Positions 20,183 through 29,472 of a stretch of 64,000 nucleotides of DNA are shown here, one piece after another. Below the pieces are notes generated by a model. The model saw only the letters and a list, made by a program, of their open reading frames with translations, was not told where the DNA came from and searched no databases. The stretch's first letter is position 1, and each line of letters starts with the position of its first letter. Source of the DNA: an uncultured delta proteobacterium (GTDB taxonomy: Bacteria; Desulfobacterota; Desulfobacteria; Desulfobacterales; Desulfosalsimonadaceae); contig CAWGYD010000005.1 in NCBI GenBank assembly GCA_963826785.1, positions 1 to 64,000 of the forward strand, written 5' to 3'. Both the position numbers and the translations under genes were made by a program.

Positions 20183-20440
20183 ACACCCCCCTGACCCCCC
20201 TCAAGGGGGGAATTTGATGGTGATTTCAAGGCCTGACCCCCCATCATAGGGGAATTTGATGGTGATTCCAAGGACTTACCACCCTCATGGTGCGAATTTA
20301 ATGATCGGAATTCCAAGGCCTGACCACCCTCAAGGGGGGGGGAGATTGATAGTGATTTCAAGGACTAAACCCCCTCAATAGGGGAATTTGATCGGAATTC
20401 CAAGGCCTAATCCCCCCTTGAGGGGGGGCAGGGGGGGTGT
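20183..20440. repeat. Family-A doublet with about five degenerate ~40-bp internal units
   Basis: Left arm 20183-20214; GAATTTGAT..GATTCCAAGG.CT.ACC units; right arm 20409-20440. Confidence 0.9.
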
Positions 20441-20635
20441 TGGACCGGTGAGAAATCAAAAGATAAACGGGTGAAAAACGTTTTACCGGGTTAAATTCCT
20501 TGGAAGCATTTAGACGTCGTGCTTGCGTTATCACTATCTAAGATGGTTATAGACTTCTGTTTTCCCGGAGCTATGAATTTGGGACTTTTTACGACTCCAT
20601 GAAACATTCTGAAAGCAAAAAAAGAGATTCGGCCC

Positions 20636-21202
20636 ATGGATGTAAAGCGAACCTTCTATGATCTGCTGGCGCACCCCAACAGCCTGACGCTGTTTCGAGT
20701 GGCCGCGGTACCGCTGCTGGTCATTCTGATGCTGTTTTCGAACCGGCTGAGCGGATTGCTGGCCGCCGCGGTGTTCAGCGCGGCGGCGATTACCGATTAT
20801 TTCGACGGGTACCTGGCCCGGCGATACGGCCTGACCTCGAATCTGGGGAAAATCATGGATCCGCTGGCGGACAAGCTCCTGGTATCATCTGCATTTATCA
20901 TGATGATCGCCTTGAACCGGGTTCCCGCCTGGATGATCTGCGTGATCATCGGCCGGGAACTGGCGGTCACCGGGCTGCGGAACCTGATCAGTGAAGTAGG
21001 CGAGGATGTGTCCGCATCCGTGCTGGGCAAGTACAAGACCGGTTTTCAGATCGCCGCCATCATCCCCCTGCTGATCCATTACGAATATTTCGGGATCGAT
21101 TTTCATGCCGTGGGGATGGTGCTGCTGTGGATGGCCCTTTTCGTCACCCTCTGGTCCGGAATCGATTATTTCGTCAGGTTCAGGAAACTCCTGGCTTATT
21201 AA
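20636..21202 (+). CDS. pgsA: CDP-diacylglycerol--glycerol-3-phosphate 3-phosphatidyltransferase
   Basis: PNSLTLFR, TDYFDGYLARR..GKIMDPLADK, GRELAVTGLR. Confidence 0.95.
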   Translation: MDVKRTFYDLLAHPNSLTLFRVAAVPLLVILMLFSNRLSGLLAAAVFSAAAITDYFDGYLARRYGLTSNLGKIMDPLADKLLVSSAFIMMIALNRVPAWMICVIIGRELAVTGLRNLISEVGEDVSASVLGKYKTGFQIAAIIPLLIHYEYFGIDFHAVGMVLLWMALFVTLWSGIDYFVRFRKLLAY

Positions 21203-21225
21203 AAAATTACAAGGAGGCGTTTTTC

Positions 21226-22233
21226 ATGAGCAAAAGCATCTATGAACAGATGACCGACAAGATCATGCTGACCGGATCAACGCTCATTCCCGAGCTTTTC
21301 CGGATGATCGCCGATGAAAAAGAGGCCGAACTGCTGATGGCCATGCCCGGAACACCGGCCCAGCTGGCGGAAAAATTGGGCCGGCCCGTCGACGAAGTCG
21401 AAAAGGATTGCAAAACCCTTTACCACAAGGGGCTGGCGTTCAAATCATACAAGGGCGAAAGCGTCGCCTTTAAAATGTGCCGCGATATGATCCAGTTCCA
21501 CGACGCCACCATCCTCTGGGCAGAGGCCCCCAGAGCGTATCTGGATCTGTGGCAGAAGTTCATGGAAGTGGAATGGCCCGATTTCGCCCGGCTGGCTGAA
21601 CAGTTTTTCCCGAAAGCCTTCACCCGGGTCATCCCGGTGCAGCAGTCCATCGATGCGGGCAATCAGCAGGTGCTCGACGTGGACAGCGCCAACCGGATCA
21701 TCGAAAGCGCGGAAAAAGTGGCCGTGACCAAGTGCACCTGTCGGCTGATCGCCCACAAGTGCGACCAGCCGCTGGAAGTCTGCCTGCAGGTGGATAATGC
21801 GGCCCGCTACACCATCGACCGGGGGTCCGGCAGGGAAGTGACCAAGGCTGAAGCGCTTGATATCCTGCGCATGAGCGAGGAAAAGGGGCTGGTGCACGTG
21901 ACCATGAACCGCTCCCATGCGGGCCATTTCATCTGCAACTGCTGCGGGTGCTGCTGCCAGGCGCTGCCCCTGGTGATCTCGGATGGATTGAAGATACTGG
22001 ATCCGAGCCGCTTTCTGGCCGAAATCGACGCAACGCTCTGCAGCGGATGCGAAACCTGCACCGACCGCTGCCAATTCAAGGCGATCGTCCCCGTTGACGA
22101 GGATGAGGAAGAAGAAATCCACATGCAGGTGGTTCCGGAGAAATGCATGGGATGCGGCATCTGCCAGATCACCTGTCCGGAAGAGGCGATTTCCATGAAG
22201 GAAGTCCGGCCGACGGATTTCATCCCCGCGTGA
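21226..22233 (+). CDS. 4Fe-4S dicluster-binding protein
   Basis: CTCR..C..C, ICNCCGCCC and two CxxCxxCxxxC ferredoxin motifs; AAGGAGG RBS before ATG 21226. Confidence 0.85.
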   Translation: MSKSIYEQMTDKIMLTGSTLIPELFRMIADEKEAELLMAMPGTPAQLAEKLGRPVDEVEKDCKTLYHKGLAFKSYKGESVAFKMCRDMIQFHDATILWAEAPRAYLDLWQKFMEVEWPDFARLAEQFFPKAFTRVIPVQQSIDAGNQQVLDVDSANRIIESAEKVAVTKCTCRLIAHKCDQPLEVCLQVDNAARYTIDRGSGREVTKAEALDILRMSEEKGLVHVTMNRSHAGHFICNCCGCCCQALPLVISDGLKILDPSRFLAEIDATLCSGCETCTDRCQFKAIVPVDEDEEEEIHMQVVPEKCMGCGICQITCPEEAISMKEVRPTDFIPA

Positions 22234-22293
22234 TCCGCGCGTATTTTTTTGTTGACAAATGAAGGCCAGATCATTAATTTGCTAACTCGATGA

Positions 22294-22368
22294 GCGGGAA
22301 TAACTCAGTGGTAGAGTGCGACCTTGCCAAGGTCGAAGTCGCGAGTTCGAATCTCGTTTCCCGCTCCA
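22294..22368 (+). tRNA. tRNA-Gly (GCC)
   Basis: GCGGGAA/TTCCCGC acceptor stem, anticodon loop TTGCCAA, TTCGAA T-loop, encoded CCA. Confidence 0.97.
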
Positions 22369-22377
22369 TTTTTTTTT

Positions 22378-22452
22378 GGCGGCATAGCCAAGTGGTAAGG
22401 CAGAGGCCTGCAAAGCCTTTATTCCCCAGTTCGAATCTGGGTGCCGCCTCCA
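22378..22452 (+). tRNA. tRNA-Cys (GCA)
   Basis: GGCGGCA/TGCCGCC acceptor stem, anticodon loop CTGCAAA, encoded CCA. Confidence 0.97.
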
Positions 22453-22478
22453 AATTACTGCTGTAAAGACAAATATTT

Positions 22479-22508
22479 AAGCGGGGCATCAACCCCGCTT
22501 TTTTTATT
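22479..22508 (+). terminator. Intrinsic terminator after the tRNA pair
   Basis: AAGCGGGG-CATCAA-CCCCGCTT followed by a T run. Confidence 0.8.
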
Positions 22509-22757
22509 GTGTTTGCCCCCATCCCGGATTTTTCTTCTCCCTTTCTTGAACGCATTGTTCCCGCCGTGCGGCGTTTTATGGATACGCATTGCAAAGGGCC
22601 GGCTTTGCCACCGAGAAGAGCGGATCAACCCAACCGTTTCTTTTTCAGGCTTGATAAACATTGTTTTTGAATGTATACAGTCACTCATGTGTCACTTTGC
22701 CTGATCGCAGGCATTTTCTTTCACTTTCAAACGACTAATCGAGTGGGGAGGTTGTGT

Positions 22758-23585
22758 ATGCGTAAGAACCGGTGGTCTGTTCTGGTCTTTTTATTAACCC
22801 TTGGCCTCTGTCTGCCAAATGCATGGGCGGAAAATCCCGAAAACACGGGAACAATCATGGATGCCCAGGTGCAGCCTGTTGCGAGTGAAATGACGGCGCC
22901 GCCGGTCGATGCACTGGCGGCCGCGGATGAACTCATTGACAAGGGCGGTCTGGAGAATTGCAAACAGGCGTACGACATCTGCATGAAAGCCGTGGCGGAA
23001 AATCCGGACAGCTATAAAGCCAACTGGATGTCGGCAATGGCCTGCAGGGAATACGGCAATGAAGTCAAGAAATCCGAAAAGGCCGGATGGGAGGATTTCT
23101 GCAAGGAATATGGGAAAAAAGGCATGGAATTTGCCGAGAAAGCCGTGCAACTGGATCCCAAAAAACCCGAGGGGCATTACTGGTACGGCATGAATGTCGG
23201 TATCTACTCGGACGGTGTGAGCATCCTTACCGCATTGCGGGAAGGGCTCAAGAATAAGACGCAGTCGAGTTTCGAAGCCACTTACAATATTGACAAGACA
23301 TATGACAAGGGCGGCCCCATCGTGGCGCTCGGCCGGTTCTGGCAGGTGCTGCCGTGGATCGCCGGCGGGGACAAGGACAAGGCGGAGAAATATTACCGGG
23401 AATTTCAAAAATCAAAGTTTTACGGGAATCCGGATGGAGTCGAGTTCAACATCTATTTTGCCGAGCTTCTGATGGACAGCCGGAAAACCAAGAAGGAAGC
23501 AAAAGCGCTCTTGCTGGACGTCCCGAAAATTTCAAATGATCCCTACTGGAACAAGAAAGCCAAGGCAATGCTTAAAGATTTGTAG
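22758..23585 (+). CDS. Secreted TPR-like protein (paralog of 58651-59508)
   Basis: Signal peptide (AWA-E); AEKAVQLDPKKPEGHYWYGMN; GGPIVALGRFW. Confidence 0.8.
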   Translation: MRKNRWSVLVFLLTLGLCLPNAWAENPENTGTIMDAQVQPVASEMTAPPVDALAAADELIDKGGLENCKQAYDICMKAVAENPDSYKANWMSAMACREYGNEVKKSEKAGWEDFCKEYGKKGMEFAEKAVQLDPKKPEGHYWYGMNVGIYSDGVSILTALREGLKNKTQSSFEATYNIDKTYDKGGPIVALGRFWQVLPWIAGGDKDKAEKYYREFQKSKFYGNPDGVEFNIYFAELLMDSRKTKKEAKALLLDVPKISNDPYWNKKAKAMLKDL

Positions 23586-23633
23586 ACACCACGGCTTCAT
23601 CAAATTGATCGGGTGACAAAAGGCAGGGGGAAA

Positions 23634-24995
23634 TTATTTTTCTCCTGCCTTTTTTGCAATCAGGATGATCCGGATATCCATGACATTGGTGCCGGTGGGG
23701 CCGGTCATCAGCAGATTTTGAGTTTTCTTGAAGAACCGGTAGCTGTCGTTGTTCTCCAGAAATGATTCCGGGTCAAGACCCATGGATCCGGCCAGGGCGG
23801 TTGTCCGGCTGTCCACTACCGCGCCTGCGGCATCCGTGGGGCCGTCCGTTCCGTCCGTTCCCGCCGACAGAATCACCGTTTCCCCCTGCCCGGCGATTTC
23901 CAGGGCTGCGGTGAGGGCAAATTCCTGGTTTCTGCCGCCCCGTCCGTTCCCTTTGAGAACCACCGTGGTTTCTCCGCCTGACAGCAGGCATGCCGGCGGG
24001 GCAACCGGATTTCCGGACTGATGGATCTCCCGGATCATGGCCGAATGGAAACGGGCGCAGGCCCGGGTTTCGCCCTCAAACGAGGATGACAGGATCAGGG
24101 GGCGGTATCCCAGCTTCTCTGCGGCATCCCTGGCCGCGCACAGCGCCTGAAAATTGCTCCCCACGATGTGATAATCGGCTTTGTTAAAAATGGGGTCCAG
24201 GGGTTTGGGCGTTTCGGGCAGGCCGCCCGCATTTCCCTGCTCAATCCGGCGGATGACGGAATCGGGCAGTTGGTGGCGCAGGTGATAGCGTTCGATGATA
24301 TTTGCGCAATCGGAGAAGGTGCTGGTGTCCGGAACCGTCGGGCCCGAGGCGATGACATCGGGTGCATCCCCCACCACATCGGACAGCGCCAGCGTGACGA
24401 TCCTGGCGGGATATGCGGATACGGCAAGCTGCCCTCCCTTAATTTGGGAAATGTGCTTGCGGATGGCATTGATTTCGTAGATATCGGCCCCGCAGGCCAG
24501 AAGCCGGTCGATGGTGGTCTGCTTTTCCAGCAGGGTGACCGGCCGTGCGGGCAGCGGAAGAAGTGCTGAACCGCCCCCGGAAAGCAGGCATATGATCAGG
24601 TCATCGGGCCCGGCTTTCTCCGCAATTTCCATTATCGCCGCGGCCCCGGTCATGCCGGCGGCATCCGGGAGGGGATGGCCCGCTTCTATCAGGCGGATTT
24701 TTTCAAGCGGCGCGGTGTGCCCGTATTTGACGCAGATTGCGCCCCCCGAAACCGCGCCGCCCAGGAGGGACTCCATGGCGGCCCCCATCTGGGCGGAGGC
24801 CTTGCCTGCGCCGATCACATAAATGTGCTTGTAGTGGGAGATCCTGAAAGGCTGCTCCCCTATGAAGAGTTCGCCGTGTCTGACGCGGCAGTGGCGGTTG
24901 ACAGCCGCACCGGCATGAACGGATGCGATGCTTTTATTGAAAATGGATACGGCATCCTGCCGCATCCGGGAGAGGAAAGGGGCGGGATCTTGCAT
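23634..24995 (-). CDS. Glycerate kinase type 2 (MOFRL/DUF4147)
   Basis: GAGKAS, EAGHPLPD, LSGGGSAL, SGGETTV, GGRNQE, GPTGTNVMD. Confidence 0.93.
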   Translation of the reverse strand: MQDPAPFLSRMRQDAVSIFNKSIASVHAGAAVNRHCRVRHGELFIGEQPFRISHYKHIYVIGAGKASAQMGAAMESLLGGAVSGGAICVKYGHTAPLEKIRLIEAGHPLPDAAGMTGAAAIMEIAEKAGPDDLIICLLSGGGSALLPLPARPVTLLEKQTTIDRLLACGADIYEINAIRKHISQIKGGQLAVSAYPARIVTLALSDVVGDAPDVIASGPTVPDTSTFSDCANIIERYHLRHQLPDSVIRRIEQGNAGGLPETPKPLDPIFNKADYHIVGSNFQALCAARDAAEKLGYRPLILSSSFEGETRACARFHSAMIREIHQSGNPVAPPACLLSGGETTVVLKGNGRGGRNQEFALTAALEIAGQGETVILSAGTDGTDGPTDAAGAVVDSRTTALAGSMGLDPESFLENNDSYRFFKKTQNLLMTGPTGTNVMDIRIILIAKKAGEK

Positions 24996-25396
24996 ACCGG
25001 AATTTACATGGCCTGGCTTTCTGCGGTCTTGTGATCTTCCTTGCTCGATTTCGGCTTTTTCTTTTTCAGGCAGAGCCGGTCCTTTCGCACAAAGGCGCAG
25101 AGCTTGGGATTATAATATTCCTTGCAGTTTAAGGGATTATATAGCGGACATTCAGGATGTTTTTTTGACATGAAGCAATATCCTTTTAAATATTTTTATT
25201 TTCGTCTTGAATTTTTCATATTATCATAAACGCCTTTGTATAACAAGCGGACATCTTACTTTTTATGGCAATACCCATGACCGGATCTCTCCGGCAAATC
25301 TTTTGACAATGCTCAGAAGCAGTGTCATACATGCATGTTTGTGGGTTTGGAGAAAAGGGGCATTTGCAATTTCCGGGTATTGGAAGATGAGGATGA

Positions 25397-27643
25397 ATGA
25401 CTGATTATGATGCATTGAAATCGGACCTGGTGGGCATCAATGACCGGCTGTGCGCCTTGCTGGAACAGGCGGATGCCCTTCCGGTGACCGCAGAGCATGC
25501 CTTCGGGGAATGGCGGCAAAGATGCCGGAGCATCCGGAAACAGATTGATGAAAAACTGATCCGGGTGGCGGTGATCGGCACCATCAAATCCGGCAAATCG
25601 AGCCTGATCAACGCCCTTTTCGAAGACGATTATCTGAAGCGGGGCGCCGGTGTGGTCACCTCTATGGTCACCCGTATCCGCAAGGGAGAGCAGCTCAAGG
25701 CCAACCTGTATTTCAAATCGTGGGATGAAGTAAACGCGGAAATGGAAAGGGCCCTGGTGCTGTTTCCCTCTCTGGATTGGCGCTCCCGGAAAGACAAGTT
25801 CGACATCCGCAGGGAATCCGACCGCGCGGAGCTGCGCCAGGCGCTGGGGACCCTTGAAACCCGGCATCTGGTGACCAATGATACGCGCAACCAGAACAGC
25901 CTGATCCTTTCCGGCTACATCAGCGGGTATGACCGGGTGGAGCCCATCCTCTCGGCCGGCCGGTTGACACAGGTATATACGGGCGAAGATTTTGCCACCC
26001 ATCGGGATTTTTCCGGAAATGAGAACCTGGCCTTGTACCTCAAAGATATCTGCCTGGAGATCGATGCCGGCAAAATGGGCAGAAACATGGAAATCGCCGA
26101 CTGCCAGGGCAGCGACTCGCCCAACCCCCTGCACATGGCCATGATCCAGGATTATCTGCTGTATGCCAACCTGCTCATCTATGTGATCAGCAGCCGGACC
26201 GGGGTTCGGCAGGGCGATATTAATTTTCTGTCCATGATCCGAAAGATGGGCATCATGGACAACATCCTGTTCGTGATCAATTGCGATTTCAATGAACATG
26301 AGTCCCTCCAGAACCTTCAGGCGGTTGCGCAGAAGATCAGGGAAGACCTGTCCATGATCAAAAACAACGCGATGGCATTCACCTATTCCGCGCTCTACCA
26401 TCTGTTTTCGGCCCAGGCGGACCGGCTTTCTGAAAAGGACCGGCAGCGGCTGGCCCAATGGAAGTCGGATGCGGCGCTTGTCTCCTTCTCAACAGAGGAG
26501 GAGACGCGTTTCCGGCATCGCCTGGAGGAGATCGTTACCCGGCATCGCTACGTCGTGCTGCTCAAGAATCATTTCGAACGGCTGAAGATGATGATGTCCG
26601 CGCTTCGGCAATGGATTCGATTCAACCAGGATGTTCTGGCCAGGGGCGCCGATGAAACCGCGCAGCTGATCAAAAAACTCAAATCCCAGCAGAAGAAAAC
26701 CAACAGGGTCAAATCCATCGTCAAGAATACCCTGGAAGGGGCGCTGCTGGAGATCAAGAAGGAAATCCGGATGGAAGCGGACCGGTTTTTTGATCCGCGC
26801 ACCGGCGAAGTGGTCCCTTTGCTCCTCGATTTTGTCCGGCAATACACGATCCCCCTGCATGCCTATGCCGAACGCCTGGAAAGCGCGGGTTTTTCCGATA
26901 CCCTGTACCTGGTTTTTCAGGAATTCAAGCTGGCCCTCGACACCTTCATGGCAGAGCAGGTGAACCCGAAAATTTTTCATTTCGTGAAGCGGGAAGAGGA
27001 TAAAATAAGCGAGTATTTTGATTCCGTGAGCGGACCCTACCTGGCCATGGTCAAGGATGCGCTGACCGAATACAACGCGGCGCTGGAGAAAATCGGCCTG
27101 GGCGCCTTTGAAGAGCAGAATCTGCCGCACCTGTCCATGGATATACCGGCGATCAAGGCGGATAAGCGACTGGAACTGCCGCCGGCATCCGCCACCATGA
27201 ACTACAGCGCGGCCATTCGGACCGAGGCCATCATGCGTCTGGGGATCTATAACGTGGTGGAAGGGATCAGGAAACTGATCCGGAAATCGGTGCGAAACGA
27301 GAAGGAAAATGCCCTGATGGCGTTGAAGGACGCATCCTCCCGTATGAAAAAAGAAACCGAGGCCGGCCTGTTGTTTCATTTCAAGAATTACCGGGAAAAC
27401 ATTAAATTCCAGTATATTATTCCGCTGGCCGATGCCGTGTCCGAAAATATCTTCAGGGTATTGATGGATCAGTTCTATGATTATACGGCCTATATGAGCC
27501 GGTTTGGCGACCAGACGGCAAAAAACCAGCTGGACAAAGAGCAGCTGGCGTCTTCTCTGCAAAACATTTTTTCCGCCATCGAGGAAACCGAGGCCTTGAT
27601 GGCCCGGTTCAGCAGTAAATTGACCGCGGCCGCGCCATCATAG
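25397..27643 (+). CDS. Bacterial dynamin-like GTPase
   Basis: G1 GTIKSGKS, G2 region GAGVVTS, G3 DCQG, G4-like INCD; long helical C-terminus. Confidence 0.8.
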   Translation: MTDYDALKSDLVGINDRLCALLEQADALPVTAEHAFGEWRQRCRSIRKQIDEKLIRVAVIGTIKSGKSSLINALFEDDYLKRGAGVVTSMVTRIRKGEQLKANLYFKSWDEVNAEMERALVLFPSLDWRSRKDKFDIRRESDRAELRQALGTLETRHLVTNDTRNQNSLILSGYISGYDRVEPILSAGRLTQVYTGEDFATHRDFSGNENLALYLKDICLEIDAGKMGRNMEIADCQGSDSPNPLHMAMIQDYLLYANLLIYVISSRTGVRQGDINFLSMIRKMGIMDNILFVINCDFNEHESLQNLQAVAQKIREDLSMIKNNAMAFTYSALYHLFSAQADRLSEKDRQRLAQWKSDAALVSFSTEEETRFRHRLEEIVTRHRYVVLLKNHFERLKMMMSALRQWIRFNQDVLARGADETAQLIKKLKSQQKKTNRVKSIVKNTLEGALLEIKKEIRMEADRFFDPRTGEVVPLLLDFVRQYTIPLHAYAERLESAGFSDTLYLVFQEFKLALDTFMAEQVNPKIFHFVKREEDKISEYFDSVSGPYLAMVKDALTEYNAALEKIGLGAFEEQNLPHLSMDIPAIKADKRLELPPASATMNYSAAIRTEAIMRLGIYNVVEGIRKLIRKSVRNEKENALMALKDASSRMKKETEAGLLFHFKNYRENIKFQYIIPLADAVSENIFRVLMDQFYDYTAYMSRFGDQTAKNQLDKEQLASSLQNIFSAIEETEALMARFSSKLTAAAPS

Positions 27644-27758
27644 CCGAAGAGTTCTTATTTCCGAAAAAACCCCGTCTGTTTTTTTTCGTCTTTTCATCAT
27701 CTTTTCAATGATCATCTTGCTTTTCATCGGCAATTATGTATGTTTGAAAACCATATCG

Positions 27759-27899
27759 GTGGCTGAACGAAAACCGTCTATTTGCCCGATATCTGCGTCA
27801 GGCTCAAATTTTAATCCTCAAAATACCTTGAGTATTCCTGCGGTTAAAATTTTCGCCTTCCTTGATCTTGACCAAATATCCGGGTTTTCGTTCGGCCAC
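27759..27899. mobile_element. ~140-bp long-hairpin MITE-like element (family C)
   Basis: GTGGCTGAACGAAAACC / GGTTTTCGTTCGGCCAC ends; core ATCCTCAA-hairpin-CCTGCGGT shared with 8302-8443. Confidence 0.72.
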
Positions 27900-27931
27900 T
27901 ATTTACTGGAAATATTTGATCCGGAGGAGAT

Positions 27932-28717
27932 ATGGTTCGCAAGAAGACGAGGATTGTCGCCGTTGCCAATGAAAAAGGGGGCGTGGGCAAAACCGCCATG
28001 GTGGTCAATCTGGGGGCGGCGCTGTCCCGGGAAGGCCAAAAGGTGCTGGTCATCGACATGGACCCGCAAGCAAATGCCACCAGCGGGCTCGGCATCGAGC
28101 CGGACGACGGAAAGGCGACGATTTATGATCTGCTGATCAATGAAAACGGGTATACGGCAAAGGATGCGATATGCCCCACGAAATGGAAGCATCTTTCCGT
28201 CATCGCTTCGCACATCGACCTGTCCGGTGCAGAGGTGGAACTGGTGGATGCCGAAGGCCGGGAAAACCGCTTGAAGGAGGCCATCGCCGGTATTGCCGGA
28301 GATTATGACGTGATCATCATGGACACCCCGCCGAGCCTCTCCCTGCTCACCATCAACGTGTTTTCAGCGGCCACCGAGGTGCTGGTGCCCTGTCAGACTC
28401 AGCCATACGCCTACCGTGCGCTGGCCGACCTTTTCGATACCATCTCCGATATCCGGGAGGAAATCAATCCCGGCCTGAAGATTTCCGGAATCGTTCCCAC
28501 CTTTTTCGATACGCGCACCCGCATCAGCCGGGAAATCATGGAACGGCTGCGGGAAAACGAGCGCTACCGGCCATTTGTTTATCAGACGGCCATCCGGATG
28601 AATACCACCATTGCCGCCAGCGCCGATGCCGGCAAACCGGTTATTTTTTATCGGACCGGCAGCTATGGGGCCGAGGATTTCCAATCACTGGCACTCGAAT
28701 TTTTAAAATCGGCCTGA
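27932..28717 (+). CDS. ParA/Soj-family ATPase (orphan)
   Basis: NEKGGVGKT, DMDPQANAT, DTPPSL; no adjacent parB. Confidence 0.9.
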   Translation: MVRKKTRIVAVANEKGGVGKTAMVVNLGAALSREGQKVLVIDMDPQANATSGLGIEPDDGKATIYDLLINENGYTAKDAICPTKWKHLSVIASHIDLSGAEVELVDAEGRENRLKEAIAGIAGDYDVIIMDTPPSLSLLTINVFSAATEVLVPCQTQPYAYRALADLFDTISDIREEINPGLKISGIVPTFFDTRTRISREIMERLRENERYRPFVYQTAIRMNTTIAASADAGKPVIFYRTGSYGAEDFQSLALEFLKSA

Positions 28718-28771
28718 CCACATTAACACTTGATTATAATGACGCGATGGATTTAATATCGGTGCATGTGC

Positions 28772-28789
28772 TGACTGATTCGTCAGTCA
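28772..28789. promoter_or_regulatory. Putative TetR operator
   Basis: Perfect TGACTGA-N4-TCAGTCA inverted repeat ending 27 bp upstream of the tetR start. Confidence 0.6.
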
Positions 28790-28816
28790 TATCGAACCCG
28801 TTTAATTGAGGAGCGC

Positions 28817-29446
28817 ATGGAAGGGGAACCGAAAACCAGATCGGCCTTGATCGCATCTGCCATCCGCATGTTCCAGGAAAAGGGGTACCAGTTCACCCGC
28901 GTGTCGGACATCGTTTCCGAGGCCGGCGTGGCCCAGGGCACCTTCTATAATTATTTTCGATCCAAGGAAACCATTTTCCGGGAGATCTGCAGCGATTTCA
29001 TGAATCAGGTCAAGGAGTTATTCCTTGCACGCTCGGAGCATATGTTCGACGGGGAAACCCCGGACGAAATCCGCAGCAGTGTCCGGCTGGTGATCAAGGA
29101 TGTATTTATCATCTATCGAAACAACCTGGCGGTGGCCGAACTCCTTTTCCGGGAAGGGATCGGCAATGGCGGATTGTTCAAGGAAATCTACGAGGACATC
29201 CTGTTCCTTTTTCTGACCCTGATCCAGGAGCAGGTGGAAAAAGGGGTCGCCAAAGGCTTTCTTCAAACCGAAGATGCGGAAATGGCCTCGGTGATGCTGT
29301 TCGGGCTGTTTGAGCGGACCCTGTTTTATTTCATGCTGGTGCGGCAGAGCACGGATTTTGAAAAGCTCGAGCGGGTGTTGTCGGACTTTATTTTAAAAGG
29401 GCTGTCCTTTGACGAGTCGTCTCCGGCATTTACCGGCCGGATTTGA
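28817..29446 (+). CDS. TetR/AcrR-family regulator
   Basis: FQEKGY..TRVSDIVSEAGVAQGTFYNYFRSKE. Confidence 0.93.
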   Translation: MEGEPKTRSALIASAIRMFQEKGYQFTRVSDIVSEAGVAQGTFYNYFRSKETIFREICSDFMNQVKELFLARSEHMFDGETPDEIRSSVRLVIKDVFIIYRNNLAVAELLFREGIGNGGLFKEIYEDILFLFLTLIQEQVEKGVAKGFLQTEDAEMASVMLFGLFERTLFYFMLVRQSTDFEKLERVLSDFILKGLSFDESSPAFTGRI

Positions 29447-29472
29447 CAAAGGGCAGTCCGCAACGGCTTGAA

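Noticed and set aside
22294..22452. tRNA-anchored genomic island
   Set aside because: No integrase nearby and no duplicated tRNA 3' end was seen in the window.
27932..28717. Plasmid or ICE partition locus
   Set aside because: No parB, rep or conjugation genes; the context is chromosomal.
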